Notes: generated from the sequence alone by a model not told the origin. A DNA stretch of 64,000 nucleotides from Octopus bimaculoides (GCF_001194135.2 NC_068984.1:14849193-14913192), one strand, 5' to 3'; positions 24,646 to 36,831 are shown, counted from the first letter of the stretch. A program made the numbers and translations.

Positions 24646-25166
24646 CATTAGATGTTAGAGTCCAAGATAACCTGTAAAAGATGGGATGGGCAGAAAGGGA
24701 TGTGTTAGAATACAGAAGCAACGTCATTGTACGAAATAACAGCAATAATTCGTTTATTCTTGTACAAAAAAAAAACAGAAAATAAGATTAGTGTGACTTA
24801 AAATGTTATCAGAGCTAATTTAAATGTTTTGACGATTATCAGCGACCTCTATTTGATTGAGAGATTGCTTGCTTATCACAACGAAAAATATTTCTATTAT
24901 TCACTGTCGTATCTCAAGGCTGAAACATATAAAAGAATAAAAGAATGCGCATCTGTTGTACGTAGCATTCGTTTAATGAAGAGACATTCAAGTACATAAA
25001 AGACATTCGAATACATAGCAATAATGAACACGAAACAAAAGTAGACAGAGAAACATTAGTTCATAAACTACCATTTTATTATAGATTTCCTCAACAAACA
25101 GAAAGCTAAGCAAAATACAAACTGAAAATCAACACACATGTAGTTTGTCTGTGCTTTCGTTTGCAG

Positions 25167-25228
25167 CGTTCAATTATTTTCAAATTTTTTCACTAATTGT
25201 TGCCTTCCTTTGCGTTTCCTGATGCGAG
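25167..25228 (+). other. Candidate 62-nt spliced exon (possibly 5'UTR or start exon)
   Basis: Acceptor GTTTGTCTGTGCTTTCGTTTGCAG and donor GAG|GTAGGT; ATG at 25222; no TE similarity seen. Confidence 0.3.
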
Positions 25229-25508
25229 GTAGGTCCTTCCGGTACTACATACACACACATACCCACAATATAAGANNNNNNNNNNNNNNNNNNNNNNNNN
25301 NNNNNNNNNNNNNNNNNNNNNNNNNNNNNNNNNNNNNNNNNNNNNNNNNNNNNNNNNNNNNNNNNNNNNNNNNNNNNNNNNNNNNNNNNNNNNNNNNNNN
25401 NNNNNNNNNNNNNNNNNNNNNNNNNNNNNNNNNNNNNNNNNNNNNNNNNNNNNNNNNNNNNNNNNNNNNNNNNNNNNNNNNNNNNNNNNNNNNNNNNNNN
25501 NNNNNNNN

Positions 25509-25554
25509 GTAACCCATTGGTCTCATATCTAGCGTGAACTAGACATATATTCAG
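25509..25554 (-). ncRNA. Degenerate hammerhead-ribozyme-like motif at the Penelope 3' end
   Basis: CUGAAUA-U-[AUGUCUAG uucacg CUAGAUAU]-GAGA-CC-aaug-GG-UU; two core substitutions (G8, A14); stem I lost in gap. Confidence 0.4.
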
Positions 25555-26390
25555 TTTCTCTAAACGATAACTGTTCTCTGCACAAGAACGCCGGTGACAG
25601 TTCAAGAAATATTCCTCTTAAAAAATTATGACCGGGCGAGTTGTATTCCTTCGCTTGATAGCTAGGTTTTCCAATTTTGAAGTAAAAATTTCCGAAAATG
25701 TGGACAACTCCTTACAGCTTCCGTCCTAGATCTCAGGTAGCCTCCTAGCTCATGTAAATTCATAAGGATTATATATTTTTCTGCCATGCACAATTTACAT
25801 AGTCTTGTTCCATTGCGATAGGATTCACAAGTTTCTAGTAATTTCCACCTGATGTTAAAAGGCGTATAATCGACCTTTAGGCGCCATACAGAAATAGAAC
25901 AAATATCAGTAACATCAATGCCAACACAGGGACACACACTAAAATTTATGTCGAATCTTGTGATTCCAAATTTGAAATTCGCCTGAACAACCACAGATCT
26001 TCTTTCGGGATCCCGGAGAGACGCAACACAACGACACTCACAGCATACGTATGGCGCCTAAAGGACGATCATACGCCTTTTAACATCAGGTGGAAATTAC
26101 AAGAAACTTGTGAATCCTATCGCAATGGAACAAGACTATGTAATTTGTGTATGGCAGAAAATATATATAATCTTTATGAACTCACATGAGCCAGGAGGCT
26201 ACCTAAAATCTACGACGGAAGCCGTGGGGAGTTATCCACATTTTCGGAAATTTTTCCTTCTTGAATTGTCACCGGCGTTCTTATGCTTTAAAAAAACATT
26301 CTTTGCAGAGAACAGTTATCGTTTAGAGAAACTGAAGATGCAGGGGTTGGACAGAATAATGGAAACACCTAGCATCATACCATCATAATT
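25509..26390. mobile_element. Penelope-like element: plus-strand GIY-YIG 3' end (25890-26390) with an inverted partial copy (25509-25889)
   Basis: KIYVESCDSKFEIRLNNHRSSF...YVWRLKDDHTPFNIRWKLQETCESYRNGTRLCNLCMAE on plus; ...CKLCMAEKYIIL...RTEAVRSCPHFRKFLL on minus; arms 25545-25889 and 26049-26335 closely similar. Confidence 0.88.
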
Positions 26391-26934
26391 TTGAAATATC
26401 TATAAAACCGTCAAAAGCTTGTTTATTTTTATGTTTCTAGATTTATTATTAGCGTTGCTTAATATGTTTTGCTAAAATTGATGTTTCTTTTCAGCCTTGG
26501 TTTTTTTATCTCATTCTGAAAAAAATTATATATNNNNNNNNNNNNNNNNNNNNNNNNNNNNNNNNNNNNNNNNNNNNNNNNNNNNNNNNNNNNNNNNNNN
26601 NNNNNNNNNNNNNNNNNNNNNNNNNNNNNNNNNNNNNNNNNNNNNNNNNNNNNNNNNNNNNNNNNNNNNNNNNNNNNNNNNNNNNNNNNNNNNNNNNNNN
26701 NNNNNNNNNNNNNNNNNNNNNNNNNNNNNNNNNNNNNNNNNNNNNNNNNNNNNNNNNNNNNNNNNNNNNNNNNNNNNNNNNNNNNNNNNNNNNNNNNNNN
26801 NNNNNNNNNNNNNNNNNNNNNNNNNNNNNNNNNNNNNNNNNNNNNNNNNNNNNNNNNNNNNNNNNTGTGTGTATGTGTGTGTGTGTCTGTGTGTGTGTGT
26901 GTGTGTGTGTCTGTGTGTGTGTGTGTTTGTCCTA

Positions 26935-27060
26935 ATGGATTGTAAGATCGTAGTTTCGATTTCCGGACTGGTTATGCGTTGTATTTTTGAGCAAAACACT
27001 TCATTTTACGTTGCTCCACACCACTCAGCCGTAAATTAGTTGAGCCTGCGACAGATTGGT
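26935..27060 (+). mobile_element. SINE family C fragment
   Basis: GTTTCGATTTCC ... TTTGAGCAAAACACTTCATTTTACGTTGCTCC. Confidence 0.75.
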
Positions 27061-27164
27061 GCATAAAGGGGAGACGGTGACTCAAGAATATCGCCCGAAC
27101 AGAGGCCTTCGTGAACCACATTTTGCATTCAGCGATCGAAGAGATGATTAGTACAAGAGTGGAA

Positions 27165-27378
27165 GGCAGCGAGCCGGCAGAAACGTTAGCTCAGAGGGTG
27201 AAATGCTTAGCGGTATTTCGTCTGTCCTTACGTTCTGAGTTCAAATTCCGCTGAGGTCGACTTTGCCTTTCATTCTTTCGGAATCGATAAATAAAGTACC
27301 AGTTGCGTACTGAGGTCGATCTAATCGACTGGCTCCTTCCCCAAAAATTTCGGGCCTTGTGCCTAGAGTAAAAAAACA
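27165..27378 (+). mobile_element. SINE family A, full length
   Basis: GGCAGCGAGCCGGCAGAAACGTTAGC ... GAGTTCAAATTCCGCTGAGGTCGAC ... GTGCCTAGAGTAAAAAAA. Confidence 0.93.
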
Positions 27379-27630
27379 AGAGTAAGAGAGGATGGAAGAG
27401 GAGGGTGGACTACGACGATGACGATGACGACTACGACGATGACGATGACGACTACGACGACGACAATGAGGATATATGTATGTATGTATGCTTTTATATA
27501 GACTTATTTATATGTATACATACATATATGCTTAAAAGCAACAATATAGATTTTATGGATTTTCAATGTTTATACAGTGTCAGGAAGAAACAATTGAGTG
27601 AATTGATTCTCGCGTGTTCTTTATTGTCTC

Positions 27631-27790
27631 AGTGAAGTCCTGTGGCTTATTGGCTTGGGTATTCAGCTCACAGGCTTCAATTCGTGAGTTCGATTCTTGG
27701 CGGTGCGTTGTGGCATTTTATTTCGCGTTGCTTCAATCCACTCAGCTGGCAAAAATGAGATTTACCTGTAATTCAGAGAGCCAGCCTCGT
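27631..27790 (+). mobile_element. Degenerate SINE family C
   Basis: GTGAGTTCGATTCTTGG ... CAATCCACTCAGCTGGCAAAAATGAG ... CCTGTAATTCA. Confidence 0.65.
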
Positions 27791-27802
27791 CATATACCTA
27801 TT

Positions 27803-28027
27803 TCTTTATTGCCCCCAAGGGGCTAAACATAGAGGGGACAAACAAGGACAGACAAAGGGATTAAGTCGATTACATCACACTGGTGTGAAACTGGTACTTA
27901 ATTTATCGACCCCGAAAGGATGAAAGGTAAAGTTGACCTCGGCGGAATTTGAACTCAGAACGTAAAGACAGACGAAATACCGCTGAGCATTTCGCCCGGC
28001 GTGCTAACGTCTCTGCTATCTCACCGC
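27803..28027 (-). mobile_element. SINE family A, subfamily with the GGGGCTAAACATAGAGGGGACAAAC tail
   Basis: Same head as family A; tail shared with 50028-50231 and 62601-62826. Confidence 0.92.
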
Positions 28028-29184
28028 GTTGCACCCAAGACATATAATATGAACTGAAAGTAAGTGGAAGCTAAATTTTTCACAAAGAACAATCTTATAG
28101 CAGGCGAAAGGAAGCTTCCATCGTTGTAGTTTAGATCAACAAAGAAAATAAATATATATATATAGACGCGGGAAGCTATATCTTATCGGAAATCGACAAA
28201 GTACAAGCTTTTTTTCTAACAAGATCNNNNNNNNNNNNNNNNNNNNNNNNNNNNNNNNNNNNNNNNNNNNNNNNNNNNNNNNNNNNNNNNNNNNNNNNNN
28301 NNNNNNNNNNNNNNNNNNNNNNNNNNNNNNNNNNNNNNNNNNNNNNNNNNNNNNNNNNNNNNNNNNNNNNNNNNNNNNNNNNNNNNNNNNNNNNNNNNNN
28401 NNNNNNNNNNNNNNNNNNNNNNNNNNNNNNNNNNNNNNNNNNNNNNNNNNNNNNNNNNNNNNNNNNNNNNNNNNNNNNNNNNNNNNNNNNNNNNNNNNNN
28501 NNNNNNNNNNNNNNNNNNNNNNNNNNNNNNNNNNNNNNNNNNNNNNNNNNNNNNNNNNNNNNNNNNNNNNNNNNNNNNNNNNNNNNNNNNNNNNNNNNNN
28601 NNNNNNNNNNNNNNNNNNNNNNNNNNNNNNNNNNNNNNNNNNNNNNNNNNNNNNNNNNNNNNNNNNNNNNNNNNNNNNNNNNNNNNNNNNNNNNNNNNNN
28701 NNNNNNNNNNNNNNNNNNNNNNNNNNNNNNNNNNNNNNNNNNNNNNNNNNNNNNNNNNNNNNNNNNNNNNNNNNNNNNNNNNNNNNNNNNNNNNNNNNNN
28801 NNNNNNNNNNNNNNNNNNNNNNNNNNNNNNNNNNNNNNNNNNNNNNNNNNNNNNNNNNNNNNNNNNNNNNNNNNNNNNNNNNNNNNNNNNNNNNNNNNNN
28901 NNNNNNNNNNNNNNNNNNNNNNNNNNNNNNNNNNNNNNNNNNNNNNNNNNNNNNNNNNNNNNNNNNNNNNNNNNNNNNNNNNNNNNNNNNNNNNNNNNNN
29001 NNNNNNNNNNNNNNNNNNNNNNNNNNNNNNNNNNNNNNNNNNNNNNNNNNNNNNNNNNNNNNNNNNNNNNNNNNNNNNNNNNNNNNNNNNNNNNNNNNNN
29101 NNNNNNNNNNNNNNNNNNNNNNNNNNNNNNNNNNNNNNNNNNNNNNNNNNNNNNNNNNNNNNNNNNNNNNNNNNNNNNNNNNNN

Positions 29185-29225
<41 letters not shown>

Positions 29226-29575
29226 AGAGCATGCGTAATGGTGCGTGCGTAAGCGCGTGTGTATATTAATTTTAAAAAAAGGTATCTGTACACAAAATAA
29301 ACCAAATACTCGAATGAAATAAGATTCAAACATACCTTCTTACGTACAACCATTCAGATGAACAGTAAAGTGTAGTTGATATGCATGTATATAAGCGTGA
29401 GAGAACACGTGTTTTGACCAAAAAAAAATTAAATCAAATATATTTATTATTCTGTGAATATCAGCAACACTCGATTAAATTTCATTTAAAAGTTGAATGA
29501 ATAAAAAGAGGATCCTGCAACGAGAATTTCTCTTCTTCATTGTTTTTCTTCCTCTTCATCTTATTTTCCTCTATC

Positions 29576-29607
<32 letters not shown>

Positions 29608-29662
29608 CTTCTTCTTCTTCTTCTTCTTCTTCTTCTTCTTCTTCTTCTTCTCCTCCTTCTTC
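29576..29662. repeat. (CTT)n microsatellite
   Basis: Direct reading. Confidence 0.97.
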
Positions 29663-30519
29663 CTTCGTATATTTTAGTTCTGTCATTTATAAACCCNNNN
29701 NNNNNNNNNNNNNNNNNNNNNNNNNNNNNNNNNNNNNNNNNNNNNNNNNNNNNNNNNNNNNNNNNNNNNNNNNNNNNNNNNNNNNNNNNNNNNNNNNNNN
29801 NNNNNNNNNNNNNNNNNNNNNNNNNNNNNNNNNNNNNNNNNNNNNNNNNNNNNNNNNNNNNNNNNNNNNNNNNNNNNNNNNNNNNNNNNNNNNNNNNNNN
29901 NNNNNNNNNNNNNNNNNNNNNNNNNNNNNNNNNNNNNNNNNNNNNNNNNNNNNNNNNNNNNNNNNNNNNNNNNNNNNNNNNNNNNNNNNNNNNNNNNNNN
30001 NNNNNNNNNNNNNNNNNNNNNNNNNNNNNNNNNNNNNNNNNNNNNNNNNNNNNNNNNNNNNNNNNNNNNNNNNNNNNNNNNNNNNNNNNNNNNNNNNNNN
30101 NNNNNNNNNNNNNNNNNNNNNNNNNNNNNNNNNNNNNNNNNNNNNNNNNNNNNNNNNNNNNNNNNNNNNNNNNNNNNNNNNNNNNNNNNNNNNNNNNNNN
30201 NNNNNNNNNNNNNNNNNNNNNNNNNNNNNNNNNNNNNNNNNNNNNNNNNNNNNNNNNNNNNNNNNNNNNNNNNNNNNNNNNNNNNNNNNNNNNNNNNNNN
30301 NNNNNNNNNNNNNNNNNNNNNNNNNNNNNNNNNNNNNNNNNNNNNNNNNNNNNNNNNNNNNNNNNNNNNNNNNNNNNNNNNNNNNNNNNNNNNNNNNNNN
30401 NNNNNNNNNNNNNNNNNNNNNNNNNNNNNNNNNNNNNNNNNNNNNNNNNNNNNNNNNNNNNNNNNNNNNNNNNNNNNNNNNNNNNNNNNNNNNNNNNNNN
30501 NNNNNNNNNNNNNNNNNGT

Positions 30520-30924
30520 GTAGTGTGCATGTGTGTGTGTGTGTGTATACGTGTGTGTATGTATATATATATATATACGTATGTATATGTAGTTTTCGTT
30601 CTGTGTCTTCATTCCATATATCTCATAATTAAATTGCGGAAATATAATGAAATTATTAAGTTTCTAAAAAGTTGTCTACAATTGATTTCTCGCGGCATAT
30701 TCTCCTATGGAATATTTCGGAGAGGAAAAAAGGAAGGTGGTGAATGGGGGGGGGGAATTAAAAAAATGAAAGACTTCGACCAAAAAAGGAAGCATGTAGA
30801 CATGTGAACGTGTGTAGAAACATACGCATACGCACACACAAACACAACACCCGCACATCTATGTTTGTACATCTATGTTTGTGTGTGCGTGTGTGTGTGT
30901 GTGTGTGAGTGTGTGTACGTATAC

Positions 30925-30955
<31 letters not shown>

Positions 30956-31208
30956 TATATATATATTCGTATGTATATATGTATTTATGTATGTATAAGT
31001 TGTAATTCTAGGTTGCAGCATTCCATTACTTTAATGGAAAACTGCTAGCGGGAACTATGTAACCTTGTACGCTATACATGTTACACAGATATGTATTGAG
31101 TTCTTGTTTGTGTATATATATATATACACACATATATATACGCTCTGTTAGTAGTTTTACCCGAGACCTGATCACAATGATGAGCACAGCACATACAATA
31201 TATATGTA

Positions 31209-31261
<53 letters not shown>

Positions 31262-31510
31262 GTGTAATTTATGTGCAAAGAAAAATACACGCTGAGAAGC
31301 TCACACGCATATGTGTCCTTGCCTTCATCTATATCTAAGTAGTTCGTGTGGATGTGTGTGATTTTTATGCGTGTGTGTCTTTGTGAATGTTCATGCAGCT
31401 ATTAGTGTGCGTACGCATATGATTCGTTTCCATGTATGTATGTATGTATGTATGTATATATGTATGCATGTATGTATGTTTTAAGTGTTCGTTTTGCTTA
31501 AGAATTCCTT

Positions 31511-31549
<39 letters not shown>

Positions 31550-31916
31550 NNNNNNNNNNNNNNNNNNNNNNNNNNNNNNNNNNNNNNNNNNNNNNNNNNN
31601 NNNNNNNNNNNNNNNNNNNNNNNNNNNNNNNNNNNNNNNNNNNNNNNNNNNNNNNNNNNNNNNNNNNNNNNNNNNNNNNNNNNNNNNNNNNNNNTGTGTG
31701 TGTGTGTATCAATGTTTGTTTTTATATTCAGTTATGATCCGACTATTGCTCAACTAGCCGAAACTTCGAAGACACTATCAATGTTATTCTTGTTTAAGAA
31801 CAACATATGTGTATGCGTGTGTGTGTGTGTTTGTGAGTGTGCGTGAGTGCGTGTATATATATGTATATTTCTTTTTAATAAAGCTGTCAAACAAGTTTTC
31901 ATAAACCAGGAGCATG

Positions 31917-31947
<31 letters not shown>

Positions 31948-31958
31948 ATATATATATG

Positions 31959-31989
<31 letters not shown>

Positions 31990-32100
31990 AAATGAGTTTG
32001 CGTGTGCATTTATATGTGTGTGTGTATGTGTGCGTGTGTGTCTGTGTGTGCGGGTGTATGCACACACACACCCACACACGCATGCGCGCACGCACACTCT
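30520..32100. repeat. Cluster of (GT)n/(TA)n/(TATG)n tracts
   Basis: Direct reading. Confidence 0.85.
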
Positions 32101-32619
32101 TAGGTAAAAATGAAAATGAGCCAAACCTTGCTTTATTATAACCTTGTCGCATTAAAGTGTCCTATATACTGCAATTTTAATAGATTATTTACTCTGATAC
32201 TCTCTGTACATAGCATTTCGGGAAGAAAATCATGTTTTACAAAATTGCATACAGAATTTTTTGTGTAATAGCGAAACTGAAGAATTCAAGTTTTTCGTCT
32301 TTTATCCTTAAGGGCCAATATCGCAAGTGAGAAAGAAGTGTCTAAAAAATAGGACAGTTCTTTTATGTAAATGAAAATATTTGAAAGAAGCATTTAGAAT
32401 GTTAAGAAGTCTATATTTTGATTTATTTTCAATGGACGTTTGTAAGAAGTTTCTGTTAATGCATTTATCAAAAGGTGTGCATAAATAGCTCTAATTAAGC
32501 TTGTAAAACTAGTTTTTTCTTTTGATGAATATGCCTTTAAAAGTGTATTTGTTAAATATGCCTTCAAACGAAAAGATATTCCCTACTGATATAAATTTTA
32601 AAAGCATATCTCTATTCTT

Positions 32620-33025
32620 CATAAAGTAAGCATAATTCATTCCGAAATTCACAAGTTGCTTAAAGAAGAAAATATTGCGCCTGGCATAAAAGGAAGAGGT
32701 CAAAGCTTTGGTAAGGAAAAAAGGATCTAGCAGACGTAGAACTACTACTATTACAGATGCCAGAAGAATTAAATCCTTGTTTCATCAGATGAGAAATAAA
32801 AGCTTGCAGTATTTGTCAAGAGTCTACAGCTATTGAAAACAAAACCATTCAAAGACGGTTGGAAGATAATTTTTTTTTTTTTTTTTCCTCAAAAATTGTG
32901 CTTGGAAGCCTCTGTTAAGTGAGAAATGCATAAAGGATAAACTGCACTGCTTGACCAAATATGGTAACTGTGATTTAGACTGGATTCAGAAAGTGCTCTG
33001 GGCTGGTGAGTCAAGATGTGAGCTA
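32620..33025 (+). pseudogene. Tc1-family transposase remnant (HTH to first catalytic D)
   Basis: IENKTIQRRLED ... KPLLSEKCIKDKLHCLTKYGNCDLDWIQKVLWAGESRCEL, matching KPLLS...W.KVLWSDESKFEL. Confidence 0.82.
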
Positions 33026-33944
33026 TGTTATGACGCATGAGAACGTTTCTATCACAGAGCTGGTGAGAAACTGTTATATCGTACGTGCGGATGACCTCTA
33101 CTCAACTCTCACTTCCGACGACTCGATTCTACCGAACTCGACGTCTTGTCTACGGCATGCCTCGTCGTCTGACTCCACTCGTATCTGTCCACTATTCATT
33201 TGTGGTGGAACAGGCCACTTCTCTCACTCGGGCTGTCCTCCACAACATACTCACAAAGCCGAAGTAATAACAAAAAAATAGAAAAAACTTCTTGAAAATT
33301 ATATCCTAGCCAAGCCGGTGTCCAGATTCGAATTCCAAATTTGCAAACTCTAATCAATGTTGGGAGGCTGGGAAACATAATGTGACAAAATCGATATTTC
33401 TTAGTCCAAAAATATTATTCTAATTACTAAAAGAAGGCTAAGAGATATGTTTTCCATCTTAATTTGTTGAGGTATTTCTGCATGCTGATATGGCTTATGA
33501 GATTTTATATTATAAAGCCATTATCTTTTAGTTGCTTTAATCATTGAACTGCGCTCATGCTGGAGCACCGCAAATAAACAGTGAATTACTTATTTTTTGA
33601 AATCTTATACTTACTCTAACATTCTCTTTTGCAGAACTCAGTTACAAGGTTTTATTCAAACCAACACAAACAAACCAACACCGATGCAAATACGCACACA
33701 CGTACACATATGAACGCACACACGTACGTACATATATGAAAGCACACATACACGTACACGCTTACATATATAACACTGTTTCCAGTGGATATTTTCTATA
33801 GTCGAAGCCTTAAGCAGAAATACGCAGCAAACAATGCTCCCACCGCTGCCGGGTGTTTCTTGTCTGTTAATGACATATTTTTATGTTATTTAATACTGTA
33901 CGTTTATAAGAGGTACTTATCTCAAGACGACTACCGTAGTGTAT

Positions 33945-34211
33945 TGGGCTTTCAATGATGTATCTGCTTTAAGTGTGAGACACTGATTTCTATTTTAAAC
34001 ATACATACATAGTTAAATACATGCATGGGCTTTCAATGATATATCTGCTTTAAGTGTGAGACACTGATTTCTATTTTAAACATACATACATAGTTAAACA
34101 CATGCATGGGCTTTCAATGATATATCTGCTTTAAGTGTGAGACACTGATTTCTATTTTAAACATACATACATACATACATACATACATACATACATAGTT
34201 AAACACATGCA
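33945..34211. repeat. Three tandem 81-bp units, each with an internal (ATAC)n that is expanded in the third copy
   Basis: Unit starts at 33945, 34026 and 34107 (TGGGCTTTCAATGAT...). Confidence 0.95.
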
Positions 34212-34589
34212 TGCATACACACATGCATATATACAGACAGACACACATGCAAACATCCATACATTTGTGTATGTGTGTGTGTGTGTGCGTGCGTGCGTGT
34301 GTACAAATGATACAATTGACTAAAATCTCCACAAGGCGATATGCAACGGCGCAGTGTTTGCTTTTGTGAGTATAAAAGTCTGTATAAATCCGTGTGTGTA
34401 TATCCCTATGCTATTACATTCATGTAATCACATTGCAAATATCTCCATGAGACGATATGTAATAGTACAGTAATTGCAAGTGTATATCTGTGTGTATATA
34501 TTTCTATATACGTACGTGTGTGTGTGTGTATTTGTGTGCGTGCTTGAGGGTACCAGTGTGTGGAGGTGAAGTTTTATACTCATATGTTT

Positions 34590-35090
34590 TCATTCTCCAT
34601 GTTCTTGATATCTCCAGTTGTAAATAAATCTTCCATTATTTTGGGTAATATTCGACATGCTGCAATGATGTGATCTACTTTCCGTGCATTCAAACCACAA
34701 AGCCCAGATTGTATGTTTCCGCTCATATCAGAGATGTTTTTAACGATAAACTGATAAACTGTATGGCCTAACATTGATTCCGCTCGATTGCAATAAGAAT
34801 TTCTGTTTGACCTTAAACGATGTACTTTTCATCCAGACAGTTGATATTTTCCAGTATATGGCTTTCTTTTCCAGAGATATGAATATATCTGTGTACATGC
34901 CAGGGTTTGTTTATCTGTGATTTCCTGATAAAAGATCGAATCAATTTCTCCATCTGCAGTTTGGTAAGCTTGGCAGTTGTGATTGGTTGAATGTACGGTG
35001 AGATGGCTGGCTCATATATGATGACTGTTCGTGATATTTTCGCTGAAATATACAAGACACTACTTGCAATTTTCTTGTGCTTCTGGTATT
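34590..35090 (-). mobile_element. R4-type LINE fragment (pre-knuckle and CCHC region)
   Basis: NKPWHVHRY..., GQTEILIAIERNQ, LCGLNARKVDHIIAAC. Confidence 0.7.
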
Positions 35091-35351
35091 TTCCTATTAT
35101 TGTAATTATTGCTACTACTTCTGCTGCTGCTGTTGTTGTTGTTGTTGCTGTTGTTGTTCCCATCGTCTTAATTCTATTGTGTACTTTTACTACGCAACTG
35201 GACATAATCTGGCTAACCACATTTCTTGGATTTAATCTTATAAACTGTTTAATACTTACAATCAAATCTTACAATCAGTTTAATATTTACAATCGAAAAC
35301 TTTATCCATTTAATTTATTATCTGCTAGTAATATTGGTTTCAAATTTCTGC

Positions 35352-35717
35352 ACATGGCCAGCAATCGAGGAAGAGGGAAAGACGCTCAACAGGTACTTAT
35401 TTTATCGACCCCCGAAAAGATGAAAGACAAAGTCGACCTTGGAGGCATTTGAACTCAGGTGGGCGGAATGCCGCTAAGCATTTAACCAAGCGGCGTACTA
35501 ACGATTCTTTTCTACTCAAGGCACAAGGCTGGAAATTTCTGGGGAGGGGGCCAGTTGATTAGATCAACCCTAGTACGCAACTGGTACTTAATTTATCGAT
35601 CCCGAAAGGATGAAAGACAAAGTCGACCTCGGTGGATTTGAACTCAGAACGTAAAGACGGACGAAATACCGCTAAGCATTTCGCCCGGCGTGTTAACGAT
35701 TCTGCCAGCTCGCTCAC
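35352..35717 (-). mobile_element. Head-to-tail tandem of two family A SINEs (35503-35717 and 35352-35500)
   Basis: AAAGTCGACCT..GG...TTTGAACTCAG and CCGCTAAGCATT each occur twice in the same orientation. Confidence 0.88.
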
Positions 35718-36061
35718 CTATCTGCTACTAATATTAGTATACATTAGGTCTTTTTAAAATCATAATAGCATGGATAACTTCAAGATATATACTATGATAA
35801 ATGATAAATAATAAATAAAACATGGGATGATTTTTATACAGCCGAGAGTTAAATGCAACAAAATATCGAAAATTCTCATGTTGCAAGCGAATTAGATATA
35901 AAAACAAGGCAAATTGCATTGTGACAGTTTTATTGTTTTTATTGAGCCCCAGGGCTCTTAAGGTCGGTTGTCTGGTTTCTATAGCGTATAAGTGGCTGAG
36001 ATCAGAATATTCTCTCTGAACCGGACGCCGGCCTGTTGCAGGGTACAAGGCTAGCAATGTC

Positions 36062-36250
36062 TGAAGGGCGGGGAGAAGACGATTACATCAGTCCCAGTCT
36101 AGTACTTGACTGGTACCACATTTCATCGACTTCGAAGGGGTGAGGCATAAAGCTGACCTCGGCGGAATTTGATCTCAGAACACAAAGAGCCAGAAAAAAA
36201 CCGCTAAGCATTTTGCCTGACGTGCTAATGATTCTGCCAGCTCGCCGCCT
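36062..36250 (-). mobile_element. SINE family A
   Basis: GACCTCGGCGGAATTTGATCTCAGAAC ... ATTCTGCCAGCTCGCCGCC. Confidence 0.88.
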
Positions 36251-36299
36251 GTACTGACACTCTACAGCTTCTAGTTTGAGTGGATGAAGTGAGCCTCGT

Positions 36300-36740
36300 C
36301 ACTTTGGTGTAAAGTGTACCCATTCGCTTTGATGCTGAAATCTGCCTGCTTGCTTCGAAAAATATATGATTCTATTTCCGCAAACAGTTCTGTGCATCTT
36401 TATTTTATATTTTGAATAGGTACAATCGATTGTAGCATAAAGTGTAATTTATTTTTGGATAATTTCTCCACTTTTTTCCATAGATAAATTATCGTCAGTT
36501 AGAACTGACATTTCGATCAGAAGGCACTCTAATCTTAATGATCCTTACATCAACCGGTTCTCCCTGTATGTGTGGATTGTTTCCCTTACGGTATTATCAG
36601 CAACAGTTTAAAAAATCTCTACAAGAAACGGCAACCAAATTTCCATTAAATCACATGTAGGAGGTTTATCCGGGATTTTTTGAAAGAATTTGTCCCAAGA
36701 TTTCTTGAACTTTATGGGGCCTGTCTCTGCTTTAATGTGA
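36300..36740 (-). mobile_element. Degraded R4-type RLE domain fragment
   Basis: IIKIRVPSDRNVS and KVEKLSKNK resemble IDVSVPSDxN..KExEKLSKYK. Confidence 0.55.
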
Positions 36741-36831
36741 AGAAAAACAACGAACGGGGCCAATTGAGGTGAAATAATCGTGCCGTATTGTTGTTATGTG
36801 ATGTATTACATTTGTTGTGATCGGATGTGTG

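Noticed and set aside
22944-31757. Long ORFs of 300-430 aa in the track
   Set aside because: They are read-throughs of N runs and dinucleotide repeats.
32620-33290. Fanzor/TnpB cargo in the Tc1 remnant
   Set aside because: No RuvC motifs or long ORF seen on either strand.
34813-35452. Hydrophobic 150-aa ORFs resembling a membrane protein
   Set aside because: The hydrophobic run comes from (GTT)/(GCT) repeats and the rest is the antisense of an R4 LINE fragment.
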